Assembly: GCF_001194135.2 (NCBI RefSeq)
Contig: NC_068985.1
Coordinates: forward strand, 73,767,885-73,813,106
Length of the DNA: 45,222 nucleotides
Source: Octopus bimaculoides
Lineage: Eukaryota
Direction of reading: 5' to 3'
Part shown: positions 25,104 through 37,598 of the stretch, piece by piece
Layout: every line of letters starts with the position of its first letter
Position numbering within the stretch: the first letter of the stretch is position 1
Position numbers and translations under genes: made by a program
Notes under the pieces: model-generated
The model's input: only the letters and a program-made list of their open reading frames with translations
What the model was told of the DNA's origin: nothing
Database searches by the model: none

Positions 25104-26569
25104 ATTTACTCTTTACTATTTCAAATATTGTAAATATTTTGAGTGATATTGTATTTCTATTTCTATTTGGAAATTTGCTTCAAATACTCAAAACAATCGT
25201 AATTTATTTTCTCTATTTACTATATTTACTGAATCAGAGATAATTTAGAAATAAAAGACAAATATAAAAGAAGCAAAACAATCCAAAATTCTAGAAATAC
25301 TCTATAAACAATATACTGTCCGTCGTTTGGCAGGATGTCACAGGTCTGAAACATGATCGTAATTGGATGCAAATAAAATTGAATGGTAGATTTAAAGAAT
25401 GCGAATTTGGAAATGTATTTCCCGAGTGTACGGGGATAGTGAATTCTACAACGTATATTTGTAGGCTAACAGAACGTAGTAAACAATCGAATATAAGATG
25501 ACCATTTTTCTGGAGAAAGTAGAATAATTCGTCTCTTCTTTAAATTATATCTGTCAAAAAATATATAATAAGGCACAAAAGGAAAGGTAATTCAATATTT
25601 TGTGAATGTTTATTTTATACAGCTGCTTCCAATGTTTCCGAAAGAAACATTTTAGAAAATTTTAGAAACATTTTAGAACAAACATAAAATATGTATCAAA
25701 TAAAAGATTCCCAACGGAAAGCAAATATTTTAAAGACAGTATGAAATATCTTAGCATAAATATCTGAGAATTTACACATATAAACACGTCTGTAAGTAGA
25801 ATGGAATATGAGCGTATATCCCAATTTATAAAAGTTTTACACTAGGTGAAATCAGTTCCTAATATGCTAGATATACTAACTGAGGTACCCAGTAATACCC
25901 AGGAGCGGGGATATTCTCAGTACCCATTACAAAGCTTAATTTCTCTAAGACGAAAAATTAAATCAAGACATTGGACAGATAATAGAAGGCGTAAGCAAAT
26001 TCATTCACGAAATAATGATACAAATATATACGTGTGGAATCTGAAAATGGCAATCGTTTGGTCAGTTGGGTGGAAAGCTGCATATATATAATCAATGGAG
26101 ACATCAAGAAAGGAATTATAAAGGCGTGCTATGAAAAAAAAAAAGAACATAAAAGTGCTATGAAAAAAAAGAACATAAAATCTTGAAAAGTAAACAAAAA
26201 TCATTTAGAGAAAAGGCACCTAATTTCACGACTATGTTTCATGAAGATAGTTCTGTTGATCACAAGAATCATATATCGATTGCACCGGTTAGAACCGATA
26301 ATACAAATTTAAGTGCAGGTGTTACGAAAATACATGTTACATGTTTTAGCACTCATCGTTGCAACATTTAGAATCGGTAATTTTAAGTGCAGATGTTAAG
26401 AAAATACTTCTTACAACCTGAGGATGCTGAAAGAATTGATGAACATTTTAACCCTGTAACAATTCAGGCCAAATTACGTTAATCAGTTAATCATAAATCA
26501 TCTTACACTTTGCTTGAGTGGCCTAGGTAAACATTTATTTATCTCAGTCCATCCTTTGCGCATGTTCCC

Positions 26570-26850
26570 TGTATGTATAAAATTTCATCTGTGTATAAAA
26601 TTTCAAGAAAATCCGTTGAAAACTTTAAAAGTTATAGCAGAAAATAACATTCGTTTGAGAATTCGCATTGAAATGTCGTATTGATTTTCGAAAAATCGAC
26701 GCTCATTAAAAATGATCAATTAAAAAAAATTCCAATGCGTAAGTGACCGCATGGGCATAAGCGTCCTACACGTGTCAAGTTTCATCAAAATTGGTTGGAT
26801 AGTCTCGGAGGAGTTAAAGTAACAAAATCAAATACACACATACATACACC
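26570..26850 (+). mobile_element. Helitron/Helentron-type non-autonomous repeat, copy 1
   Basis: ~280-bp direct repeat of 27430-27715, with motif aagtttcatcaaaattggttggatagtctcggaggagtt followed by an ACAN-rich tract. Confidence 0.5.
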
Positions 26851-27339
26851 CAATCAATGGTAGATAAGAAGTCCTGACTTTCTTAAGTAAGTTAAGGCCT
26901 AGATGAGAATATACTCTGCCTTAAAAGACATAAGATCCTAATCCTTCTATAAGAATTAACGTTCATGTAGTAACTTAACGCAAATCTGAACTCCAAAAGT
27001 ATTCGCAAGTTAAGAGCGGGTATACTGATAAGTTAAACCTTGTGTATAAGTAGTCGTTTGTATAAATGTAGCTTGATTGTCAGTATATCTATGGTAAAGC
27101 ATGAAATACCGAATACAAAATGATTGAGGAATAAAATGAACTTACCTATTTAAAACCTGAAACACTGGGGAATTAAATCAACGAATCGAAATAATAAGTT
27201 TTAGGAAATGAAAACGATTCGTATTGAAACGCAGAATTAGCAAATGTTAATGAGATTACCGTTAATAAGATGTATGTTTATGCCCATGAAACATTTTTCG
27301 TCGAATTTAAATCTATTTTATTGGGTAGGACCAATTTGA

Positions 27340-27735
27340 CGAAAAAATGACCAGGGTGTGGTAGAGAACCCTTGTCATCGTCATTTTTGTGCATGTGTGT
27401 AAAAAAACGTATTTGTGTCAACCCATTCTAAGCACATATTCCATCTGCGTATACAATTTCAAGAAAATCGGTTGAAATCTTTAAACGTATTGGCAGAAAA
27501 TGAGATTTCGCATCGAAATGTCCTATGAATTTTTGAAAAATCGATGCTGATTAAAAATGATTGATTTTTGTTTTTTTGAAATTTCAAATGCGTTAGTGAC
27601 CGCATGGGCATAAGCCGCCCCAAACGTGTCAAATTTCATCAAGATCGGTCGGATAGTTTCGGAGGAGTTAAAGTAACAAATTCACAAACAAACACAACCA
27701 CAAGTAGACAGAAATAGCCATTTATGTATATAGAT
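27340..27735 (+). mobile_element. Helitron/Helentron-type non-autonomous repeat, copy 2
   Basis: Same core (aaatttcatcaagatcggtcggatagtttcggaggagtt), hairpin aaaaatgac..agggt..accct..gtcattttt at ~27342-27388, ends tttatgtatatagat. Confidence 0.55.
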
Positions 27736-28925
27736 GAGGAAAATGTGTATTTTAATTAATATCCATGAAAATATTAATGCATAATATTCTCCTATATTCA
27801 TTTTAAGTGGATGTGGTTTATTATCTAAGTTGTATCTGATTTCTATAGCTCAAAAGAATTTAGTGTCGTTATTACAATTTACTAAGGAAAGGACAGTTAG
27901 GGGAGGAAAACTAAACGCAGTTAAGTAAATTTTGCGTGATGATGAGGGATATTATTTCAGGAAAACAGAAAATAAATAAAGAGAAACATGTTTATATTTT
28001 ATCAAAATAATCAACACTATAAAAAACAATTAGTAGTATCAGAAATCTATCAGCATACCTTTATCAACTTCTGAAAGTAGATAAAGGTGACGTAAATAAA
28101 AGTCCAAACTATATAACTTTCATTCCTCTTGAACCCACGAACCTTTCAGTTCGTCTTATCAGATGCAAGTCATGGATAAAATGTGAAATCTTGAATCAAT
28201 CGCAAGCACGTATATCAATACTGCGAAATTACAGGATATAGAAATTTAGTAAAATAACTCAAATATTCATCTTTCTAAATAACTTTCAAATAACTCAAAT
28301 ATTCATCTATTTAAATCTCAATCACCGTTTAGATAACTGCATACAATTAACACTTTAAAGGAAACCATTAAAAGAAGAAAAAAGTTAAATGCGCCATTGT
28401 AACTGCCTGCAACAGTAACAGACATCACGATACTATTCTCACAATCCGACTCTATGAAAATATAATCAATTAATACTTACCAAAGAGTACAAAACTCTCG
28501 TTTTAGAAATTATCTCTAAAGCAAAGATATCTATATACTATTCAAAGAAAGCAGCAAAAATTTATTTTGTTCTAGACTTTTACCTACAGCATTTCATAAA
28601 ATAAAGAGCTATGTCACACATGGGCGATATTCACATCGCAATGTGTTATATGGCATAAAAAAGAGACGATGCACAAACATACATATAACATCCCAATATC
28701 ACACAGATAACTATTACAATGATGCTAAATTAATGTGCAGAAATACATTGACACTATCTTTGATTATGCTGCTTCGTTCTACATGTCGCGCATTATGTCA
28801 AACTACGATGAATACAAATAAGTGTACTTCGCAATCTTGCAACCACTACACATATGACAAAAAACAAATAAACACATTCATGTTTACATATATATCTAAC
28901 ATATGACATATACACGAAGCAAATA

Positions 28926-30213
28926 TCAGTTCATCCCATAAGTTCCGTCCGAAATTTGATAAAAGAAAACAAATGATCAAATGTTATATTTAATTGAAAT
29001 TTAATCATCAATGTATTTTCTCTGATTATGTATGACTTCCTTCCATCTATTTACAAGCTTTTTATTCCCATGAATGTAAAACTTCTTTTGTTTCAAACGA
29101 AGAACTCTGAGATGTCAGTTTCAACCTCTTCCTGGCTTGCGAAAGTTATGTCCACCAAATGATTCTATAAACTACGAAACAAATGGTAATCTGAAGTAAC
29201 AAGGTCGGGAGAATAAGGTGGATGAGGAATTTTTTTCACAACCAAGCTCTTCGATCTTCTGTGATGTGATATTTGCAGTGTGGGGTCGGGCATTGTCCTG
29301 ATGAAACATCACGCCTTTTCGATTCACTAAAGCGGGTATTTTTTTCTTCAAAGCTTGATTCAAATGCTCTAATTGCTGACAGTTGACTTGAGCATTGATT
29401 GTTGCATTAGGTGGTAACAATTCAAAGTGAATTACTCCTTTGCAATCCCATCAGATAGAGAGAAGAACCTTTATTCCATGAAATTTCCTTCTCGGTTGTG
29501 GTTGAGCTTTTTCCCTTTGACCAGGTCACTGTTTACAACGTTTAACATCTCGATAGAAGATCCATTTTTCATCACCAGTCACAAGTCTATCCAAAAACAG
29601 TGAAATGTGTTCGCGAGAATGGAGAGAAGAGCAGATGTCAACTCAGGATTTGCGGTTGCTTTCGGACAATTCATGAGTCACACATTTTCCAAGTTTAAGA
29701 ACCTTTCCAAGTTGCTGAAGATGATGATGAACAGTTGTATGTTTTGCACTAAGCTTTATTGCCAATTCATCAACTGATAATGCAGGATTTTCTTCAAGTA
29801 ATGCCTCAAGGAGCTTATCATCAAACTCAACTGGACGTCCTGTTCGATCTTCATTTTCAAGTCTGAAATCTCCACTTCTGAATTTTCTAAACCATCTTCT
29901 GCACGTTTTTTGCATTGAAGCATTCTTTCTCATAAACTGAATGTAAGTTTCGAGTCGCTTCGGCTGCAGAGTTTCCTTTTTTGTACTCATAAAGCATTAT
30001 TTACCTTAAATGCACTTTGGATACTTCCATGTTAGAAAGGGTTTTAATCAAAGAAATTTTAATTCTATTTTTCTCTAAACAATATTTAATTAGTTTAAAT
30101 CCACACAAATGCATAAAAATATTTAAAAATTCTATTAGACATTCTAAAATACTACTAAATTTCATTCAATTTTAAAAAAGGTAAAATCGGACAGAACTTA
30201 TAGGATGACCTGA
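28926..30213 (-). mobile_element. Full-length decayed mariner (DD34D) transposon, second subfamily
   Basis: 27-bp TIRs tcagttcatcccataagttccgtccga / rc tcaggtcatcctataagttctgtccga (24/27), TA flanks, 1288 bp. Peptides RRWFRKFRSGDF..RTGRP, CVTHEL (WVPHEL), HQDNARPHT, SPDLVTSDYHLF. Confidence 0.95.
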
Positions 30214-31825
30214 TATTTACAATATGACATATACATGAATAACGAAAAATTAATGAAACCGTAATTATGAAACATTTCCAAGGTTACTATTTGGATAGTC
30301 CCTCAAAAATGCTTGAAGAATGCTTGAAGAATAGCTAATAAAATTGGACATGTATTTGCCAGTAATTTATATCCAAACATTCATATAATGGTTTTTCACT
30401 AAATATTTTTGAAGAAGCTTATTTAAAAAACGATACTTGAAATAAATAATTTCATATTAAATTTTTTTCAGAGAATTCCAATTCATATATTGAATTCAAA
30501 GTAAATAAAGAGCAATACTTTGTCTTGAATTTATTTTGTAATTTAGACGTATAATTACATAGATTTGATAGAAAAAATCATCAGATTTTCCCACCTCCTT
30601 TAAATATATTGCTGTAGATATTTTCGAAATTTAACTTTTAAGTGCATTGCTTACAATAAGTCTTTATCCAGTATTTTATGTAAAGCTGGGTTTGTATTTG
30701 AGAGAAAAGATATGCGAATCAGTAAAATATTTGTATGTATGATTATATCTATGTTGATTTATATGTTGCTTCAGTTTTTATGTCATAGACAGAATGGTAT
30801 CGAAGTCGTTAGAATGAGGAATATTATTTTACCAATATCAAAATTTAACGAAACATGTTAATCTGTCTTGCATCATAATATTTGAGTATGGCTATTGCAT
30901 ATTATATACATTTAAGTTGACTGGAATGTAGAAATAAACTTTGACAGTCTAATATATAATGAATGACAAGGAAAATGTATCAATTTTCAAAATTATATGC
31001 GTTGCAGTGATTATAGTAGAGAAATGTTCGAATTAGATATTGTGCTATAAAATTACAGGCGCATCGTAGACGGAGAAAACTGAGAAAAAAAGCACTTACA
31101 ACAATGGCTTAGAATTATTCAATAATGTTTTTCACTTTCAAGTATGAACTCACGCATGCGTTTCAATAAACAACTCGCAAATATCTCATGATATCTATTG
31201 ATATGCATTATTTTAGGGTTCACAAATTATGATAAATCTATATAAGTATCCATTTATATGTTGCTTATCTATCCTAGGCTTTAACAATAATTTTATTTAT
31301 TGAATCAAAACGTAGTTGAGATAAACAATTGAACAGTATTATATTCTACTTCGGGTAGCATATTTTCCAAATATTTCGTTTTGAAAACGTACTTAACTTA
31401 TGAATCTGCATATAATTCTCATTATAAACTATACCCTGTAATTGTATGATTATAGGTGTTCTGGTGGGTCGCTTTCGAACAGATTGGTTAAAATATAGAC
31501 GTAAAAATAGTCAAGTATATCAAGGAATGCTGCATGAAAATTGACCATCAATATAGTAATAAAATAAATAAATTGGTTCAGGAATGTATATAAATTGGTT
31601 CAGGAATGTATATAAATGTACAGATTCAGTTATTTGTTTTTCATTAGCTATCATACAGTCTTCCTACTGCAATATTGATTCAGCGTTAACAGAAATATCC
31701 CAAACACTTTGTATCTGGAATAATTTTTTCCAAATCTATTTTGACAGGTGTGTATACATATACATATACATCCGTACATGTATACATACGTACATACATA
31801 CACACATACATATATACATAGACAT

Positions 31826-32490
31826 AAGAACCTACAACATGGTGGAAGCCGTAGCCACTCATAATAAAAAGAAGTACTGGTGGAATGTCCCAGTTAAAAC
31901 CTAAATAAAATGTAAACACAACAGACATGATGATTGAGAAGAGAAACTGTGTGTAGTTGTGGAAATCAGAATATCTACTCTGAACTATTGGGAAATCTGC
32001 TGTTACTCTATCCAGATTACAAGTTCGAGTGTATACGTGTAATGATTGGGGCCCTTGGCTATGTAACACACAGACTAAATGCCAATCTTGAGAAATTAGG
32101 CTTCTCAAAACCAGATAGAAGAAATCTAATTCGAAGACTACAGATCCACGCCATCATTAGAACTGTGAAAATCTCTAAAACTTTCCAGACGTTTATCATT
32201 AAGTATATAAGAGCATGTCTAGATAACCAATAATATGTATGAGACGACAGACATAAAACAAAACATCCAAATCTGCACGTATGCATATATAAATACATAC
32301 ATACATACACACATACGTAATGCATACATACATACATACATACATACATACAAAATGCATACATTCATACATACATACATACATACATACATACACACAT
32401 ACAAAATACCCTGTTGTTGATGTTGAAATTCCAAAGAAGGAACCTTGTATCTATTGGCAAGAGATCTTGAAATAAAGCTGAATAATGACA
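31826..32490 (+). mobile_element. 5'-truncated R4/Dong-like non-LTR retrotransposon (restriction-like endonuclease C-terminus + 3' UTR)
   Basis: KKYWWNVPVKT..KCKHNR(P)DMMI..KLCVVVEI..LYPDYKFECIRVMIGALG..RRLQI resembles the RLE PD-(D/E)xK region; internal deletions present. Confidence 0.7.
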
Positions 32491-32654
32491 TGCATACATA
32501 TATATTTAATATCTAGGACTAATGGGTATATGCCGATTAGTGTGTTGAAGTTTTGAGTAGAGCACTGGCACATTGTGGGCTACCTGATGTCATCCGTATT
32601 TGAGATATATTTCCGTTGGATCTAATTCAGGAACTCCGTAGTGTTAGTTAAGAT

Positions 32655-33035
32655 AATAATAATAATTTCCTAAGTAATGAGGGGATGGGTTTGGTAGTAA
32701 TTTTTATTTTGTACAACGCTCGTTTCGACTCATCTTTCTTCTGTCTTTTATGAGCAGGACTCAGTTCAACATGTGTTGCTTCAATTTTGCAGTCTAGCTA
32801 TTAAGGCCTGCACATATATATTTCCCTTTTTTCTTCTAGTGCTATTTCTCTGTCTTAAACTCAATGTAAATCAATCCTTCCCTGTCCATCCATTGATAGT
32901 ACCTCCAAGGAACAGGTAGCGATCGACAATTTGAGTCCCACCCATTAGGGATAGTAGCAAGATAGGTCGAAACGACCGTTGTACGGAATAAAGATTAAAA
33001 CCAAATCCATCTCGTTACTTAAGTAATTATTATTA
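32655..33035. repeat. Pair of ~70-75-bp inverted repeats (32655-32729 / 32966-33035)
   Basis: rc of left arm gtcgaaacgagcgttgtacaaaataa..ccaaacccatc..ttactta matches right arm gtcgaaacgaccgttgtacggaataa..ccaaatccatc..ttactta. Confidence 0.75.
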
Positions 33036-33111
<76 letters not shown>

Positions 33112-33158
33112 AACACATACACACACGCAAGCAAACACACACATACACACACACACAT
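33036..33158. repeat. (CA)n microsatellite
   Basis: Direct inspection. Confidence 0.95.
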
Positions 33159-33159
33159 A

Positions 33160-35350
33160 TTAAGGTTATGACTTTTTATTATTTTTTTAATAAGTAAATT
33201 TGTCGTATAAAAATTCGATGAACAGTTTCATATACGTAGGGACTATCAAAGGAACGAAAGAAAGAACAAAGGAAATTAAGAGAGAAGTAACTGTTTATGG
33301 CAAAAGAAGTTAAATTTCCCATATTTCTCAATTCAGAATGTACAAGAAAAGGTACAAGAAGTGCTGAATACCTACGATATATGTGTAAAACGAGGAAAAT
33401 ACGATTCATTGAAAGGAATTTTTGATAACATAAAGAAAAACGGTGAAAGGCTGTGTCGTGAGGATAGAAGGTTATATTATCTTCAGATTGAAAGCAAGGG
33501 ACAGACTGGGGATGGAACTGGAAAAGTAGCCAGTTCCAAAACTATCCCTCCGTCCAACAGAAGAAATGTGTCCTTAATGCCAACTTCAACCAGAGCAACT
33601 CCAGTGTCATCATCACTATCTGAAGGAGAAACTGAAAGTGAATATCAAGAGTCCGAAATATCAGATGAAGAATCCACACAAACAAGGAGGAAGTATAGCA
33701 AAAGTGGAACTGCAACCAAGTTAGTAATATCTTCCAAGCTATCAACCCAAAAGGCAGCAACGGTTTGTGGACAATTATCTCAAGATGAAATCAATGTCGA
33801 CTCAATCCCAATCTGATATTCAGAGACCAACTATCAAAGAAGCTGTTAAACTAAAAGCGAAAATGAAGAAAACACTCCATTTAGAAAACTGGTCTTTGCA
33901 TTTCGATGGTAAATGTATTGATGACCTAGAATACCAAGTGTTAGTTTTAAAGAATGAACGAGAGACATTAAGTTAGAAGCAGTACAATTCCCTAACGGAA
34001 TAATAGCTGTTTGAGATGAATACAATATATGTAACTGGATATGTCGCTCTTACAACGAGTGTGAATACTGGGAAAAGAAATGGCATTGTAATTCAGTTGC
34101 AATGTCTGTTTGCTCAAAAGGGTTAGAATCGCAATTTATTGGTTGTCAGCATCATATTCTTGACAAAGTTCTTCGTGTTGCAATGGATAACGAACTTGGA
34201 GAAAAAAGTCATTTCCCAATATTGTATATATGCATTCATCCCAGAGCTTTTAAGTAATTAGGAGAAACTCTAGGCTAATTTCAACAATGATGAAGAAAAG
34301 ATTACTGAGTCAGCAGGTTGACGAGATGACATGAAATTTCTATTTCATTTGATCAGTGTTTTTCGTGTCTTTGAAGAAACCGGCAAATTTCCTACTGTGA
34401 AATTTCGAAAAATACCCAACTTAGGTAATGAAATACTAACTCGTGTAGCATTTATTCTGCTACCAGAGCAAAGAGTTTTGCTTCTCAATGCTTGTCGATT
34501 TATCTCTTACAGCTAGGTGATATTTGCTTTACTGACCAAATGTTCAATGCACTTGATTATCAGACGTTGTAGTAGACTGCACGTTCATAAGAAAGCATTG
34601 AACTCTGTAAAAGACTTTTGGAGTCCAGAACCATCGAAACTGGAAATTCCCAGAACAAATGAGAGTGCAGAACGGGCAATCAGATGTCTTCAATATCTAT
34701 ATGATGTTTGTAAGGAGAAGGAGTAACTTCAGCTTCGATTTATTTTTATCTAACAAAACATTAATTTTTGTTATGTTTAAAATTTTGCTAATATTCAGCA
34801 CCCTTTTCCTCACAGATTTATTTAAAATTAGAGTTAAACCTATAAAGTTAAAAATATGTATGTTTAATTTTGCATGTTATCGAATGCTTGTTGTGGCCTC
34901 TGTCTTAAAATAGCCAGGTTTTGCACCTTTGCATAGAGCAATTTCAATTCAGTAGTCTTAGAAATGTATAAATACACTTTTATTCCAATCGGTCTTGCGT
35001 TTACAAGGATTAGGTAGTGGAAATACTGAATTGTAAATCTAGTGCCACCTAGTGATTATAGTTTGAAAAACCCATAACTCCGAAACTACTTCAATTAGAA
35101 AGCTGAAATTTCAGATATACTATTTCTGCATTGCATCGAGTCAGCAGACCAAGTTTGGTAGAAACCTAATCAGGCGTTATAAACCTCACTAGAATTTTGA
35201 ATGATTTGGGTCAACAGTGGTGATCGATTTCTTAAGTTGGTGGTGACGTTTTGCTTTTTCAAATAAAGTAAAACATATGCTAGTTTCCTAACTTTTATGA
35301 AATTACTCATCGAATAGGGTTATTAGGTTGTGAAAAAATCATAACCCTAA

Positions 35351-35386
<36 letters not shown>

Positions 35387-35452
35387 TGTATGTATGTATG
35401 TATGTATGTATGCATGTATGTATGTATGTATGTATGTAGGTATGCATGTATT

Positions 35453-35483
<31 letters not shown>

Positions 35484-35603
35484 CCCCGTAAAAATGTACC
35501 TATGTATGCAAATAAAGTAAAATAAATAGATTCCTGAATTTATGGAATTATTCATCGAATTACAGTGTATGGTTATTAGGTTGTGAAAAAGTCATAACCC
35601 TAA
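33160..35603 (+). mobile_element. Decayed hAT-superfamily (hATm-like) DNA transposon
   Basis: Left end ttaaggttatgactttt; right ends rc ttagggttatgattttt (35350) and ttagggttatgactttt (35603). Transposase relic ~33218-34750: WSLHFDGK, TTSVNTGKRNG, GCQHHILD (CxxH), PRTNESAERAI. The subfamily name is an inference. Confidence 0.7.
35351..35478. repeat. (TATG)n microsatellite
   Basis: Direct inspection. Confidence 0.95.
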
Positions 35604-36779
35604 TATATATATAAGTTACATGTATTACTTCTTTAAAATTATACACTATATATTCACAACTATGGAACTTAACTCTCAACTAGTGCTTATGTAATTTCAA
35701 ACTCGAATTAAAAAAGCAGTTTAAAACTCAACTAAAGCAAACATTTCATGTTTCTACATGTGTTCTCTTTCTTTAATGCTCCCGCAAATTGATGTACAAT
35801 ACGTACCACGTTTTAATATTCATATCATTAGAAAGAATACCAATATTCCTTCTTCTCAGCTGCCGTTTGCATTAGATTTATTCATTGATGTTCTTTATTG
35901 AACGTAAACCTACTAAGATATGCCTACGGGAATGTAGTTATTTTCAAACATTTTAATAGTTGGGCATTTTTTGGTGCTTTAATAGCACTTATATTGATTC
36001 TAGCTAATTTTCTGTAAATTATGCGAAAAACATTAAAAGTAGAATAACGTTACATATATTTCTATTAATAATGCATTTGAGCTGTCTTATTGATTAATAA
36101 AATGATCTAAAGAGCTTAAAGATGTAACTCTCGAATGAATTATAGGGGTTACTCTTACAAAATTAAAATGATATCAGCGGATTTCTATTTTAATACAATA
36201 GTATTCTTGAGAAACTAGTTCTAATTTCTCTCCCCATATTATCAGATATTTTTGTTTCAAAATTACTGACATAAAGAAATTTCCTAAGGTTCGTAACTAA
36301 ATCTTGCCCGTGTAATCCATCCAAGATTGTGTCGACATATTTTCACATGTTATAATTATCTCCACTTAAAAGTGGATGTTGTGTTAGGAGAAACTTTACC
36401 GAACTTTACTTTAACATAGGGCAACTTCTGTCGAACCAGCTATTTGTCACACTGTGATATAATTTCAGAGAGATTAAATTCTACTTTTTAACAAATGAAG
36501 CAACAACATCCAAGCAGATTAATTGGCTGTTTAATAAACTATATTATTGACGCACACGTCAATTAATGTATAATTTCCAGCAATTATACATGACAATAGA
36601 AAATTATGTCACTAAATAACATTTATTGCAGACGAAATTATAAAATTGCTTAAAACAGCTTGTTCTGCACGTATATAATTATCAACGTATCACATATATT
36701 AGGAATTGGGGGTATACTGGATTCACTTTGATATTTTGAAAATGTTAATAATATTGTTCACATATTATGATATGCTATT

Positions 36780-37430
36780 TTGAGCAGCTTTCTAATCCAA
36801 AATTTCTACATAAACTTCAGGACAGAATCGACGATCAAGGGAGACCTGGACCTATTAGATGCAACTACAGCCTCCACCATCCGTGAAACTGGAGTCTGAC
36901 GGCATACATAACTCCTGCTACCTTCGGGAAAGCTTCTCATGACGTTACGGCCGTCAATTACATACGGAGTTTATCTCTTTCAGTTCTTTCCTGCGGGGAA
37001 GTCTCTGCACTACGTGCATGTCTCTCATTCTGCATGTTGGTAACTGAAGATCTCGTCAGATCAGATCAAAGCCTTGTTAGCGGTTTGCTTCATCTCAGCC
37101 GTTTCTTCTTGGAAGCTGCTAAAATTCACTGCAGTTAGCTTTAAATCCTTTAAATCTTTATATGTCCATTGATGATTTCGAAATATCAAGAGCTTTTGCA
37201 GTTTTTTTTGCGCTCTTGAGGGATTTCGTTTCATTCACTTCTTCAGAGTTTCAACAGTTTGTTTGGTACGAATTGATCGTTTTCTATCAGGACTTGGCTT
37301 GCTAGCGATAGTAGCGAACTCCATATATCGTTTCCAGGTATTGAACACTATTTTCCGGTACAAATTCATCTGTTTCTCACTGCAGCTGTTCTGAAAGCGA
37401 CAATCTGCACCGTTTTGCTTTCAAATTCAT
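36780..37430 (-). mobile_element. Heavily decayed maT-like Tc1/mariner transposase (N-terminal half)
   Basis: Minus strand: MNLKAKR, SPDRKRSIRTKQTVETLKK.MKRNPSR..AKALDISKSS, SDEIF, QNER, PEGSRSYVCRQTPVSRMVEAVVASNRSRSPL. Confidence 0.65.
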
Positions 37431-37518
37431 GTTTGTATACAAACCTGTTATAGACGAACGAAACAATAGACATATGAACAAAAGACATATGCAGATCTTT
37501 ATGTAAAATATACATAAG

Positions 37519-37598
37519 GTGTGGTAAGAAGCTTGCTTTTCGACCACATGGTTCCGGGTTCAGTCCCACTGCGTGGCACCTTGGCCAAATGTCTTCTA
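37519..37598 (+). mobile_element. Family B SINE 5' head fragment
   Basis: gtgtggtaagaagcttgct..accacatggttccgggttcagtcccactgcgtggcaccttgg matches the head of 13641-14062. Confidence 0.85.

Noticed and set aside
26120-26415. Direct repeats with a spacer as a CRISPR-like array
   Set aside because: Only two units each, in eukaryotic context with no cas genes; simple local duplications.
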